A DNA stretch of 64,000 nucleotides from Ruditapes philippinarum (taxonomy: Eukaryota). Shown here one piece after another: positions 14,030 to 27,199 of the stretch. The stretch spans positions 744,001-808,000 of the forward strand of contig NW_026865440.1 of NCBI RefSeq assembly GCF_026571515.1, read 5' to 3'. The notes under the pieces were generated by a model that saw nothing but the letters and a program-made list of their open reading frames with translations, was not told the origin of the DNA and searched no databases. A program made the position numbers and the translations under genes. Each line of letters opens with the position of its first letter. Positions within the stretch are counted from its first letter, which is position 1.

Positions 14030-14145
14030 GGTGAAAAAAGAATTCAACTGATTCCTTTGGTGAAGAAATAAAACTGTAAAAGATAGGCACACGTGTTTAT
14101 TTGGTGAAGAAAAGAAACTTTAAAATATAAGTACATTTGTTTATT
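14030..14145. repeat. Imperfect short tandem duplications (aagaattcaac..ttggtgaa and ttggtgaagaaa..gtttatt units)
   Basis: Direct reading. Confidence 0.55.
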
Positions 14146-15227
14146 AATGTAAAGAATATAAGTAAAAAAAAACAAAAACAAAAAACAAACAAAGTATCAA
14201 AACGAATGTTGTATAATTTCTTTTGGTAAAAAATGTTCTTTAGAAATAAGCTGTGTAATAATTATTGATCTGGTGATTGTTGATTATAAGAAAACATAAC
14301 ATATATCAACCGCTGTATGATTAATCAAAATTTATACAAACGCTTAGTTAACTCTAAAATTGATGAACGTGCAGAATGACTATCAATGAAATATAACCCA
14401 CAAGAAAAGATTAGATACGGACTACAAAATGATGAAACGAAGCAAGTGCTTAATGTCAGTACTACATTCTCTCAACTGCCAAATTGTCCGTCAATTTATC
14501 AAATTTTAAGACATATCTTAGCGTATCAAATATTCTGGAATTTCACTCTGCAACCTTTATTTACAACTGTTTTCTGGAAAACCGATCATGGTCCACGCCT
14601 CTCGACAAGATCTCCACAAGATCTTTACACTAGAAAATTGCTAGAGAGATAACGCGGAAATCAGACGTGATACTTGCAGATTAAATTATTCCCTCCCCCG
14701 TCCAATCAAGATTTCGGATATAATTTATGTTGCTAAGTACTCAATGTCATAGAAAGTTTTATTTATTTTTCTTCTGTAAAAGTAATCATTAGCCAGAAAA
14801 AAAGATAACAGTTAAATAATCTTATTATCTGTTGTCATCATCTTATTTTTTGCTGCAATGTCAATATGGAAAAAAATGCCCATGAAAAATGTCTGCCTGT
14901 CAAGAAATTACTCAATAATGTTTCCATTAGCAATTGCGACTTTTCTAAAAGTTGTTTTAAGACGGTGATTTCTTTTTTTCATTGGACTTTTATTCATTTT
15001 TCAAAGCTTTATTGTCTGCACATTTCTTTCATACCATTCACCTTTGTATATAGACAAACATAGCATTGTCAAACTCCTCCAACTACATGCTAGCTATTTC
15101 TTTCATACCTTTGATGTTGTTACCGCATGAGAATCCATACTCAGAATAGAGCATGCTCTAGATGTCTGTAGTCACCTAGTAGATAGGTCTTCAATAGTTT
15201 GCAGGACATTTTGTTTCCGCTTTTCAG

Positions 15228-15419
15228 CTGCGTCGAATAATACTGAAACCACATCAACCACCAATCCTGCTGCTATAAATAGTAACACGAGCTCGGCTAC
15301 GTCACCGTCGCCTAAGCCAGGCACTCCGATTAGCGGGAATTTAACGGAATTGACGCCTGTACAACCTACATTAAGTCAGGCTTACACGCCCTTGCCATCA
15401 TTTCCCGCTCAATTTTCAA
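15228..15419 (+). CDS. Pax2/5/8: Pax2/5/8 coding exon, S/T/P-rich (AASNNTETTSTT...AYTPLPSFPAQFS), 192 nt
   Basis: tttccgcttttcag acceptor, gtaaga donor, phase 1/1, open frame, GC-rich relative to the intron. Confidence 0.9.
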
Positions 15420-16843
15420 GTAAGATATTTCACACCGAAATAAAGTAATTGAATTCGAAACACGCCTGAAAGAAAAATATGTAAAACGAATTTTAATGAT
15501 TGCATGAAAATGAAATACAAATAATATCATCTCGGTCGCTCCGCATTTTCCGGAAAAAAGAAGAGTTTGGTTCATTGCATTGTTGCTAAGTATTGTAATT
15601 AGCATGACATTCTTGTTTGTATTATTTTTTCCTATTTGTTTGTCTCGTGCTGCATGAACTAAAGCTACACCATATTCGAATAAAGTACTAATATAATTTT
15701 CATTTTGTGAAAAACGAACCGAATAAGATAAAAATGAATAAAAAATATTATTATTAAAATTTGCCGGTGATTTTTTTTCTAAATATATTTTACCAAAGAA
15801 ATTTTACGACAATGTATAGACATATAGGGGAAAAAAATTATGTATAAATGGCGTTTGTCAATTATAAATGATTAAATTTTTGGCATATGTTTGTAATACC
15901 TTTTTTGATAATTACAAACAATCGCTGTATTTGATCTGAAGTAGAGATAAACGTTGCAGATTTGATGCAGAAGTTTCTATATTGTAATCTCTAGGCAGCA
16001 GGCATTGGAAAAGTGTATTATTTCTCGACAGATCACACTTGTTCTATCAATAACCCACGACAATATTCAATTTTAGGAAATGGAATTTGAATCTGTAGAC
16101 TAACCTTCCAATGTTTATAGATGCTATCGCCAATTTTCTCGATCGCTATAGAGGCGGGAAATATAATGAATCGATTATGCTTCAGATTTTGGTTTTAATA
16201 TTTCAATATTTGAAAGCAATTACGAGATCATATTGTATTGTATTTCATTTTCTGTAAACAGTTTATGCAGATTTTTAATAATTAAGAATGATGATGAAGA
16301 CTAGGAATGTCCAAATTAGTTAGGCGCATACTAACAATTAGTTTCTGTGTTTTTTGATATAATATAACAAGTTATTTATTCGTTGCAAATTTAATTATGT
16401 TCAGACACGTTATGCTTGTATATGTTCAAATAATTTGCTGTAGTTGACGTATTTTTGTTTTATTTTTGGAAATAATAGATTAATAATTAAAGATATTGTG
16501 TTGCTTTCTCGGAGATGCGAAAAGTTCACTCTCTTGAAAAGTTTCCATATTTTTTACAATAGCCTAGAAATATAAACAAAAGATTACATATTAAACCGAT
16601 TTGTTTGATCATCAGGTTATGTCAGTATTTTAGTTTTATAGAGAACTGTTATACCATTTATTCTTAAGGTCGTGTCATTTTGTGATATTTATTTTCCAAA
16701 AGTATTTTAAAGTATTTATTAAAACTGTTTTCGTTCTTAAACAGCTGCGGCAACTATTTCTATGCGGAAACATTTTAATAGCAAGTGAACGTTTCGCTTC
16801 TAACTTTAAAACATTTTGATCATAATACAAATTTAAATTGCAG

Positions 16844-16963
16844 GTCAAGCTAGTACAACATATACTAGCGCAGTGTATACAAATCAACCAGTTGTTGGAA
16901 CTGCTGTCCCTTCAGTCGTCTTGCCTCAAGTTACCTCCGCTCAATATACAGGCTCAGTGCCCG
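16844..16963 (+). CDS. Pax2/5/8: Pax2/5/8 coding exon (SQASTTYTSAVYTNQPVVG...QYTGSVP), 120 nt
   Basis: ttgcag acceptor, gttagt donor, phase 1/1; ends VP|G like vertebrate GMVP|G. Confidence 0.88.
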
Positions 16964-18379
16964 GTTAGTATTCACTGTCATTATATATTTCTTTCTTGTA
17001 GTTGCCCAACAAGCAAAACATTAAAATGATTTAGTAGTAGTATTGGAAGTAGTAGCATTATTTGACATATAAAACATTCCTTTTGCCCTTTTTGAATGGC
17101 ATTTTCCTAAATTTTGTTTACACGATGAATTGTAAACATGTATATGATAGTGTAGTTTATAAATATCTTGTAATTTGAACTGTTTTACGATTTCTTCTTA
17201 AGTTACTAAAGATCAGAAAATGTTTGAATGGGTTTCTGAAATGATTTTCACATGCCGTTGACTTTTAAGGCGATGTTCCTCAGTAGAATAATTTGTACAG
17301 ATTGAATTATCAATAACTCATGAAAACATTATAAAATGTAGAGATAAAGTTAAATGAAACGGGCCTAAATAATCTATTTATAACCAACCAGAGCCCTCTA
17401 TTTGTTCCAGCCAGTCGGGTTCTCTCGTAATTTCAGACATAACCACTCATCACTAGTCTGTTTAGACCATAATTGGAACCGGTCTGCTCAGATAGTGGAA
17501 CGTATTTGCTTTGCGGAGCAATTTCACAAGATGGTTTGCACTAAGATATTGAGAGATTTATGGTAAAATGATTAGCTTGATACTACTGGCTACGACACTA
17601 AATTAGAAATCAATATAAAACAATAGCAATGATGTTATTTAAAGATGTTTCGTCTTCAATCGAATTTATTTTCTCTATTTCGTTATGCAAATATTTGTAG
17701 ATTCTGCACTTACATTTTATACGATAAAACCTTTACATTTAAAATATTTACTAGTCTTTTGTCGATAATGTGTTGCTTTCTTTTCAATTTTCCCTTTGAA
17801 AAACAATTTAATTCTTCGGAATAATACCACATCCCTTAATTACATACCGTGAAAGAAATCTCAAGTGTAATTTTGTCTCGGGTTTGTTTCTCCTATAAAT
17901 AATTCCGACTTAAGCAAATTACAATAAAATACTAACTTCTGATTTAATATTCATGGCCAATCGAGAAATTCACTAACTATCATCATGTGAGTGATAAAAC
18001 CTTTTTCCTAGAGGTGATATGATATTTATATTCCGTTTGTTTAATTGCCCTGTAAGATATTATCAAGCCAATAACTGATGGCAGTATGAGGTTTATCAAT
18101 TGATTGTATGGAACGTTTGCACGTTGACAACCTGTTAGTGAAGTCATCGTCATGGTGATTATCGTTCTCACTCTCAGGACAACTTTCCATTTGTATAATA
18201 CTCATCCATATCTACATTTAAAGTTGATTTTGACATGTAGAATGGTGTCAACCAAACGCACTCCTTTCTATTTTCCATAACCATTAAATTCTACAACAGT
18301 AGCTTCTCTTATTTAAGTCGTAAACAGCAACATTTTTCCTTTATTATTTACTTAGAAATTTACATACAGGCGTTGTGTG

Positions 18380-19300
18380 TTGTGTACAAAATAATTTTCC
18401 GGGATAGTTAAAATGCGTATTCTGCAGTTATTAAACTTCGCATTAATTATTTCCTTTCAGATAAATAGTCTTTCATCTCTATTCGGACTTTGCTTTTTAG
18501 GCTTTTTCTCTCATTTGTGTCATTAAGCTTGTTTGCTACATTTTTATCAAGCCGTTCCAGTTGTGAACTTAAAAGTTGCGTATATTGATATATCGTTTCA
18601 TTAATTTTCTTGACATTATGGCTTTACGGAAAAGGAAATTTCATCATTCTGATAGAGTTTCCAATTCAAGATGTACCATTGTGAGAATATTGTAAACGCC
18701 ACGAAGCATGACTTATCAGTATTTCTCAATTCTTTCCACAATCACGTCAGATTACTAGATTGTAGGTCTGCTAAACCGTTTGATGTGAACGTTAGTAAGA
18801 TATTATACAGAGATTATGAATGAAAAACTAGTGAATAGATGTTGATATGTGCCATAGGACGACAAGAACATGGTCATAAATCTACAAAATTTGGATGTTG
18901 GAAACTACAGGAGATTGAGTGAAAAGATAGGATAGACCTTGTCTGGTTTTTAAGTTGTCTTCATCTGTTTCGGAAAATTTAGAGCAAATATTTATTCTCC
19001 AAGTTGGATAATCTGTAACAGATAAGACAAAAGTTGTTACTTTCTAGTATCGATGCCAATTTCCTTGTAGTTTCAGGACTTACTGTCTTCACTAGCAATT
19101 TAAACAAAAGCTTGTTTCACTTCATAAATAAATTCATAAAAGATAGAAAGCAGTTGCAAATATGCCGAAGAGAAAAATGAATTTAGTCTAGCCCAACTAT
19201 TTAAACTATATTTTTACGAATAAACAGGGAATTTACTCTTAGTGTAGAAAAACTGATATCTTTAAATGATTTTGTATAGTACAAGTCTGCTGTTATGAAT
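18380..19300 (+). mobile_element. Possible very old Ty3/Gypsy pol remnant in a Pax2/5/8 intron
   Basis: Scattered degenerate motifs in the expected order (IKLRIN, YQY, SIDA, YFYE..REFTL resembling YLYGREFTL); many stops and frameshifts. Confidence 0.3.
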
Positions 19301-20581
19301 ATTTCTTTGCCACTTGTATTGTAATAATGCATAACCAACTTCTGTACATTTATGTGTTCCTTCGCACATTCATGAATAATATCTTGTTATGAGCACGAAC
19401 ATTATGATCAATAAGTTCCTATCTGTCTAGAAAAGACTTCTTGGACGATCTAGCATCAATCTGCGTATAAAAAGCATGTGATAAGCCCTTATTGTAAAAC
19501 AGAGTCGATAATTGTCTAGAATGACTTGTTTATTACTCCACAAAGGCAAACAGTGGAGGAAGAAAACAAATTGCTAAATTAATATTCAGCACATTAATCA
19601 AATGATCTGCCAGAGATAATGCAGTGATGATGGGGAACACAGTGAAAGCGACAATAATGTTATTTTGATATTTCTGTTACTACTTCTTTCCCGTTATTGG
19701 CAAGGTTTTTACTGTTGCACACTTTGAATAACATTTTCTGGTGGCATTTCCATATGAGTACCGTCTGTCCTAATGTGCTCTTATATACAAGTGGCCAAAT
19801 CCTGTCAGTTCCTGGCTCCTTGTGAATCTTATTGATAACTTTGTTTTTTTTGTATTTGTATTTTCACATTTTGGATGTCCATTATCAGCAAATATACTAT
19901 ATACTAGTACTATAAACGTGACATGAAAATAAAGATGTGCTCTGTAAAAATGCAAAAATGAGTATTTTCTTTGCAAAATTTTCAATTTGTTATATTTTGT
20001 TTAATTTATGAAATTTCTATTTCTAAATGCAAAATAGAAGTTTCAATAGTTTATTTTGTACTTTTGAGATTGTATATGATAACGATCCCGTATTTTGGCA
20101 CTACTTTCAATTGTTTTAGGTATGTAAGCATGTGGAAGTTTGAAGAGAGAGAAAACAATGATATTGTAATTTAAAAAATCTAAAACAAATAACAATTATT
20201 CTGCAGTTTTAAGCCCTTTGTTTTTCTTTGGCACAGGTATATTTGATTTTGAAGATAAGAATGCTTTATATTTTTGAACTGTCAAAAAAAAGTGAATAAA
20301 TTGATCTTGAATTTCAAACGTATTTCTCTTTGTTGTATCACTAAACCTTTGAAAATCATGTGTCGAAGATAATATTTCATTTTATTGCCTGTGAATATTT
20401 CCAATTTTTTTTTGGTTATAAAACTTACCATGTTTCAAAATATAAGATATTTGTAATACGCATTCTATTTGAAAAATAAAAAGCTAGATGAATGTATGAT
20501 GTCAGCGACGTTTTGTGTTGACTTTTCGGAAAAAATATGCCAAAACATTCCTTTACAAATGTTGCAACTTGTCTATTTCAG

Positions 20582-20695
20582 GAAATACCAGCGAATACTA
20601 CCAGACCTCGGTGCCATATACTCAATATAATTCTAATCCATACAGTGACCCTCAATGGGCGGCTGCAGTCAGATACGGGCCAAGTGGCATCATAA
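20582..20695 (+). CDS. Pax2/5/8: Pax2/5/8 coding exon (GNTSEYYQTSVPYTQYNSNPYSDPQWAAAVRYGPSGII), 114 nt
   Basis: tatttcag acceptor, gtaagt donor; NPYS..PQ..W motif resembles the Pax2 C-terminal transactivation domain. Confidence 0.92.
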   Translation, partial: EIPANTTRPRCHILNIILIHTVTLNGRLQSDTGQVAS

Positions 20696-21899
20696 GTAAG
20701 TACTATGAAAGGAAAAAGATACGCCAGAAAACTATAAATTAAGGTTATAACTATTAAAGAACAAGTACAGACTTGATGGTTGGAAGAATTAGTGTCCTTT
20801 TATTATACCCCAAAATTGTTGTACACGTAATCCAAAACTATTTTAAAATATATAAATGCTTCCATGTTTTAACTGAAATGTCCTGAAATTAACTAACGAA
20901 ATAGACAATCAAGTAAATAAGTACAGTTATATCCGTTCGTATTAAGCTGTTAAGCATAAAACTCGAACATTTCAAATTCAAACATTTCAAATTCCAGTGC
21001 AGGAGCTGGCTCCTTGAATATTCCTAACACATTGCAACAACCACTCTTAATGAAGTCTTAAATAAGAATATTGAAAATGTCATGGAAGAAATCCCAATAG
21101 TTTCGCTATTGTGAGATTGAACGTAATACATTTTTATATAAATGTGAACAATTAATTCAGTGAGCATATTATAATGGTGGGCAATAAGGTATTTATAATC
21201 ATATTATGTTTGACTGGTTGCGTTATCACAGCGTTATCATAGCGTTGCTCCGTGCCCGACTGAAGACCATTTGTGCTAGCCAACCAGTTCACTAGACATT
21301 ATTACTTATGTCGTTAATTATATCTCCGGAACACGCACAATTAGATCATTAAATTTAGTACCTTTGTATAAAAATGTACCGTAAAAACAGTCTGTTAAAA
21401 AAAAGTTAAATAAACATTTCAATACCTTTCGGCAATTTATTTACTTTATCAACTAAGCTTTTCATTTTTATGTAAGTTTCGTTAAAATGCCCAATACTTA
21501 TATACTCCTCCTGTAACAACATTACAAATATAACCCAAATTCACAAATTAATAAATAAATAATAATTATAAAAATGATAATAAAAATAATCATAAAAATA
21601 AAAACAAAACCCCTTATATTTTTAGCTATTTTCAAACATGCCCGCCCATTTTTGATATAAAAAAATTATATTTATTTATTATATATATATTTAAAAATAA
21701 TTTGTTTTCTTTTTCATATATTTTGAAACAATAAGTTGCTTTCTTCTTATAAATAAAATTAAACAACTCGCCAGGTAAAATTTACTCTGATTGGTCAACG
21801 CTACCGACTAAATCCACTTTATGAATGAAATTCCTAGACTGACATGATTACTACAAAATAATCGTGCAACACAATAGTAAATCGTGTCTTTGTATTTAT

Positions 21900-22293
21900 A
21901 CAGTTATTTGAGATTATTACGAACGTATAGATACTGTTAGTTTTATTCTAATGTCTCCAATTTTTTATAGTATGAAAACTGCTAGATATAAAGTACTAGT
22001 TGGGAGAAACTGACTTGTATAATTACTCTAAATAGAACTTATTTGTGTACATGCAAAAATGCCCGGTTTTTACACTGTTCCCCTGGTAAAAGCTATTTAA
22101 TCAAAACTTTCATAACATTAGACACGTTATTCTTATAAACTGTTGTTTTCGAAATATTTTTGCATGTCTCGTTCTATATAAACTGTTAACCCACATATGT
22201 TATAATACTGATATTATTTGTAAATTGTCTGTTGTTACATTATATGTAATCTTGACAAAATAAAGAAATATTGTATTGTATTGTATTGTATTG
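21900..22293 (+). mobile_element. 3' end of a non-LTR retroposon: AATAAA (22259) then (ATTGT)n tail; 5' limit uncertain
   Basis: PolyA signal immediately followed by a pentanucleotide microsatellite tail. Confidence 0.55.
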
Positions 22294-22979
22294 ATTTAGG
22301 CAAATAATACAAACAGTCCAATTTCACCAAAATATAGTATTCAAAAATATCATTACAAATAACAGCAAAGCATGACCGAACAAATCAAAATAAATTGTTC
22401 AAGACAAAGAGATAATTTCTGGCAAGATATGAATTCACTGACATATGAGATTTGGCCGGAAGTTGAAACAATAAATAATCTCAGCAGACGACATAACTTC
22501 TCATCAATCTGCATCTGAATAATTTGGTTTTCTTAAGACACGAGAGCAAAGTAATACAAATCCTTCATCGTTAACTTATGTATGCGTTAGTTTTATTGTT
22601 TAATTGGCCACAAGCTGCGAAAGTGGATTATAGGCATTTTATCATGAGATGATTATACATTTGTTTTAAAGTCATTTTATTGACTGGCAATGGATTCGTG
22701 ACATTTATTATTTTCTGTAGTGTTAGATGTATATGATCAAGATGATTTATATAGTGTTGTTGTCTCGCGATGTTACTTTTTAACTAAATAAAGCATTATT
22801 GAAGCAATATGGAATGATGCGTGTACTTTAAATTACAAACATTTTTTTCTATGTTAATATTTAGATGAAGAATGTGTATCTTCTTATGGAATGATATAAT
22901 ATAGGTGTTGATATGCCCATTAAATAATCGGTTTATTGTCATATAAATTTGCTAAATCTTATTTGTTTAATGTTTTCAG

Positions 22980-23074
22980 ATCCTCAGTACTATTACCAAG
23001 CAAATGCTGCATCGTCTGTACGGACGGAACAGTCTGTGGCGTCTGGAGTTCCTGCAAGCCCTGAGAAGTCATAA
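22980..23074 (+). CDS. Pax2/5/8: Pax2/5/8 terminal coding exon (NPQYYYQANAASSVRTEQSVASGVPASPEKS*)
   Basis: ttttcag acceptor, phase 1; PQYYY matches the conserved SPYYY of Pax2/5/8 C-termini; TAA at 23072-23074. Confidence 0.9.
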
Positions 23075-25320
23075 AATATATCCCCTCCATTACTGCACAT
23101 GGTCGGTGCCATATAGTGCTGTTTGCTTGATTGAGGTCAACATTGACCACAAGAAACATTGCATTAACAGTGAAATTGAGATTATTAGAACTGCTGTAAA
23201 ACATGGATTTTATCGGTGACTTAAGTGTCGGTCCATATCGCTACAGACAACGAGGTTATCATCAAACACGTTTCTGTCGTGTACTATGCCGATAGTTAAA
23301 CAACTAATTGATTGATAACAAAGTCTGATACATGGAATCTTTGTCTGTAAATGTAGTTTTTATTCAAAAGGCGTTATTTCTCAAGCTAAAGGCGCTTAGT
23401 AAATAAAGTGACTTAAAGATGATCGGAAAAGAAAAACTTAACAAACAAAAACAACAATTAAATGAGATAAAGACAAGTACATGTATAAAACAACGACTAC
23501 ATTATGTATTTTATTACTTAGTAGTATTTCTTTGCAGATATGCTTGGCAACAACTGCAGAAAGTGATATTACTTATCATAGATTAACTTATGAGTTGGTT
23601 GTGGATGTAAAATGCTAAAAGTGTCAATTAAATGATGATGTGCAGAAATGGGGGATATTGTGAACACTTAACAATAGTTTGTCCAAATAACTATAATGTG
23701 TTGATATGAAAGGCTGTATGGTATCTGCATTACCTATATTATATCAAGACAAATACGGTGTATGTTGCACTTAATACTTCATGCCAGTAGTTAGATATGC
23801 TGCACTTGATATGAGATATTTGTTTTGCTCTGGAGAATGCATCTTACACTGATCTTATATAGTATATGATGCAGTCATACCGTGTAATATTCAAATTCAT
23901 ACAAATTACATATAGTACTGAATGAGAGGTTAGTTTAGAGGCTCAGTAGATGTTTTAGACAAATTTTGAAAAATGGTTCTTATACATTTTGTAAATAACA
24001 CGTTTGTAATTTCATATGTATTTTATGTATATTTTATTCACTTGCAATTTATTTTGCAATACAAAAGTACCTATACATACTCAATTTTGACATAATATTT
24101 TGTAACTAAAATGTCTGTGTGTATGTGAGCTCGTGCGCATGTGTGTGATTGGTTTTTATGTTGTTATATGAAAGGATATTTCCACATGACTTACACAACC
24201 AATGCAGTCTTTGAATATAAATATAGACAGGTTGAGAGTGTGTTCTTATGCTTTGTTTTTTTTCTACACTTAAACCTGATATTTGATGAACATAAATGAG
24301 GGTATATATAACAATGTTTCCATTGTGATTAGTGATACCTCTTCTGTTTATATAATGCTTAGTTTATATACATGTATATATGTGTGTTGACAGCAACTAA
24401 CAACAAATAAAATATAGTCTCTAGTCTTCATTTATACAAACAAGTGAGCTGCTACAGTAAATTACATGACAATTTAAGACACCCTTTCACCATAAATGTT
24501 TGTACACTGTATTGTTTTCTAATTATGACATAGATATATTACAAAGTTACTTATTGAAATTGTAAATATTTGAAAATATTAATTAAAATATAAGAGAAGA
24601 AATGATTTTAAGTAAATATATAGTAACATATTCAAAGAAGGAGGACTTGCTGGAAGGTTTTAGTTATTTAAAAATGGGGTTATTGATTGCCAATTCATTT
24701 GTATCAGGGAAAACGCGTGAATCTCGTATATATAAATGTATTTACCCCTTTCATGACATAATTTGTCTCGATCTTATAATAAACATTATGCATATCACAT
24801 ACTGTATTGTTTAGATATATATAATTTTACATTTATTCTTGGTAAAATACAGTGTCTAATGGTGATTCATTTTCATTCAAATGTGAAATTTTGTGCTTCA
24901 TTTGTGAATTGGTTTTATGAAATATCTTCTATTTAAAACGTTTCCATATAAACAAAAAAGAAATGCATATTTTTACAATGTATTGATTTCGATTATATAA
25001 GTAACTGATATAACATTTCAGATTTCTTTTTTATCTAAGTTGATTATATGATGAATGACCTGACCTATTCCTCATTTTATATTGTAATATTTAAGTAATG
25101 ACCTAATAGTAATGCTAAGGCACAAACTGCTCTCTTCTATATTAGATACTGCAATGCTACCAGAAATAGGATTGTGTTGTCTTATAAATGCTTCAGAACT
25201 GATACCTATACTGAGAGGAAGGGGGAACACATAACCGTTCAGATGAATTCACTGTCATATGATGAACATTAAATTTTTATCATTAATCACAAATGTGCAA
25301 TAAAGTTGAAAAATGTATAT
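23075..25320 (+). other. Putative Pax2/5/8 3'UTR with candidate AATAAA signals (23402, 24406, 25299)
   Basis: Follows the stop codon; UG/UA-rich UTR-like composition; true end cannot be fixed without transcripts. Confidence 0.45.
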
Positions 25321-27110
25321 CGTAAACTTCCATTTCAAATTTGTGAGATACTTTAGGGTACTAGGGGTAGAATTTCTTGCACAAATCGCTCATTCATTGT
25401 TTGCATATTTATATATGTTATATCATGTGCAAGCAAGACAAACTATAGTGTTTCAGACATGATCTCAAAAATTGTTTTGTTTCCTTTTGTCATATAAAAA
25501 ATCTGTTCACTTATATTTCCATGTGTTTTCAATTTACCTCTAATTGAAATGTTTTCTTTTGAATGAAAACATTTTGAAATGACTTTCATGTTCGACATTG
25601 TAACGATGATAATACTAGTATATCGATTTGAATTTTGTGCAGTACTTTTTCAAAATGGAATCATTTAATATTTAGTGGGTTTTTTTTCGCAACATTAACT
25701 GTAGTGAATGATTTTCTCGAAAAAAAAATTTTTGAATATTTCCACATTACTTCAATAAATCTTTCTTCTTATTAATGAAAGTTTTAAATTTGGAATATTT
25801 TGAAACAAAATACAGTCATGACTGAGAAAATACTCTAATATCTAGGAAATAAAAGAGAAGATATTTTTAAAAACAAATTTGATTTTAAAATATATGTTTT
25901 TGGTTCAATTATTTATCTTGAAATTAATAAATTTCTATTTTTATTTCATTTTTTTACACTTTTTATATTTCTCTATTGAAAACGTGATAGAGAACTAGTA
26001 TGAAAAGGACTCCTACTATATAATGTTCTACAAATAACTTACAGTTCTTACAAAAAATCCTTTACCACTTACTCTTTTTGTTTTGTTTGACCATTTGGAT
26101 TATGCACAGTGTTAAAACTTACTTTCTGAGATCTTTGAAGTTCTGTGTATAAGAATACAATTATATGATTGGTCATTAAGAGCAAATGATTACAAGTGTG
26201 GTTGTAGATCTAAAGTGCTACTTTACATAGATAATTATGTTGTTGTTTTTTTTACTTTATTACATTATAGAAGATATGTTGTATATATACATTTTATGTC
26301 GTTTATACAGAGATACTATCTAGCAAGATTGTATCATAGAGACCCTAAACTTCGTGATAGGACATATATCAGACCTATCAAACTTCGTTATCTTTGTAAA
26401 TGTATGCATACTGATGTTTGTCATAATGTCAGGATTTTAAAAATACAATTTTGTTACCTTGACAACGGTGTTACATCTTTTCTTTTTGTCCTGCTTTTTC
26501 TATGGGGTGTCCCAAGTGAAACAAAGTGTCATTTAAGATCAGTTTGATGTTTTGGAAGATCATTATCACGTTGTGTTAAACCAAAATACTCTGGAAAAAA
26601 TAAGTAATAAATTGTTATATGTAGCAAAAATTCCAGTGTCTATTAGGTACATAGGTGTTAATTCAGGTACAAATATATAAATAATGAATTTTATGATGTA
26701 CGCATGAATGATACAACAATTTTAGTTTTTAATCCACCCTAATTTGCTGTTCTGCACTCGTTCGTCTGCATAAAGATAGCTTGACAATAAGTTATGATCA
26801 TATTATAATGCTTCATTATGTTTTATTAATGACGTAATAGGAAGGAAAAGGAATGCTTACTCTCAAATGTCTTGAAAGAAAACATGAACTTCGAAGTTCT
26901 GCCACTTCCAACCAATAAAAGAAACATTGGTACCTTGGAACATTGATAATTTTTTTTTCAAACACATCTATATGATCTAAAATATAATGCATACCCCACC
27001 ACATGAGCACTTAATGTATTTTCTTTCTTGCAATTCTATATTGAATTTAGGACTCTTGATAGATGTATAAAGTTTTCAAAATACCTACAAACATAAATGT
27101 GTGTTCTCAT

Positions 27111-27167
27111 TATACCCCCGCACAACAAAGTTGTAAGGGGGGTATACTGGAATCAGCTTGTCCGTCC

Positions 27168-27199
<32 letters not shown>

